A DNA stretch of 64,000 nucleotides from Nitrosopumilus sp. GTDB lineage: Archaea; Thermoproteota; Nitrososphaeria; Nitrososphaerales; Nitrosopumilaceae. A model generated the notes under the pieces. The model searched no databases and was not told the DNA's origin. It saw only the letters and a list, made by a program, of their open reading frames with translations. Shown here piece by piece: positions 63,693-64,000 of the stretch. Positions within the stretch are counted from its first letter, which is position 1; each line of letters begins with the position of its first letter. The DNA is taken from NCBI GenBank assembly GCA_963662625.1, contig OY759726.1, forward strand, positions 544,001 to 608,000, in the 5' to 3' direction. The translations under genes and the position numbers were made by a program.

Positions 63693-64000
63693 TCAGACCT
63701 TGGCGCCGCACTTTGTGCAGAACTTTGCGTTGGGGCGCAGCCCGGCGCCGCAGGACGAGCACCCGCCCCCCGCTGCCGGGGCGGCCCTCTGCTGCACGAG
63801 CGCGGGATCGGGAGAGGGCAGCGTGCCGACCTTGCCGAACGCCTCCGCGGAGACTATTCCCGGCGGGGAGCCCCCCACCGGGTTTTGCGCGGTGCCGGCC
63901 CTGCCGGCCGGGGGCACCATGCCGCCCGCCATCATGCCTGGCTGCCCCATGCCGGGCATCAGCCCGGGGGACTGGGTGGCCCCCGAGCCCGTGCCGACTG
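63693..64000 (-). CDS. C-terminal end of a zinc-ribbon protein (gene starts beyond the window)
   Basis: Gly/Met/Pro-rich linker then CSSCG...AKFCTKCG. Confidence 0.65.
   Translation of the reverse strand, partial: VGTGSGATQSPGLMPGMGQPGMMAGGMVPPAGRAGTAQNPVGGSPPGIVSAEAFGKVGTLPSPDPALVQQRAAPAAGGGCSSCGAGLRPNAKFCTKCGAKV

Noticed and set aside
58877-64000. Integrated provirus or genomic island at tRNA-Arg
   Set aside because: No integrase, viral genes or duplicated tRNA 3' end seen within the window

Overview
High-GC archaeal chromosome segment from an ammonia-oxidising archaeon (Nitrososphaerota; the amoA-amoX-amoC / divergent amoB layout is that of Nitrosopumilaceae; the very high GC and the expanded thrombospondin-repeat genes suggest a host-associated lineage, which is inference). 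It holds the ammonia monooxygenase locus (amoA, X, C, B plus probable amoY/amoZ), many translation and tRNA-modification genes (valS, pheST, trpS, serS, rps15, rps3ae, KEOPS kae1/bud32/pcc1, taw1, tgtA, dus), pdxS/T, aconitase, tbp, six tRNAs (two carrying two introns each), an ISH3-family IS with intact ends but a mutated catalytic motif, three tandem secreted TSP3-repeat genes (two of them built from ~615-bp super-repeats), and a SWIM-finger/SNF2-helicase pair next to tRNA-Arg. Features missing from the ORF track: two small membrane-peptide genes (27 and 34 aa) with their own TATA boxes, a clear C/D-box sRNA, a 37-bp repeat/33-bp spacer/37-bp repeat unit and several operator-like motifs. No tools were used, so all family calls are by motif recognition.
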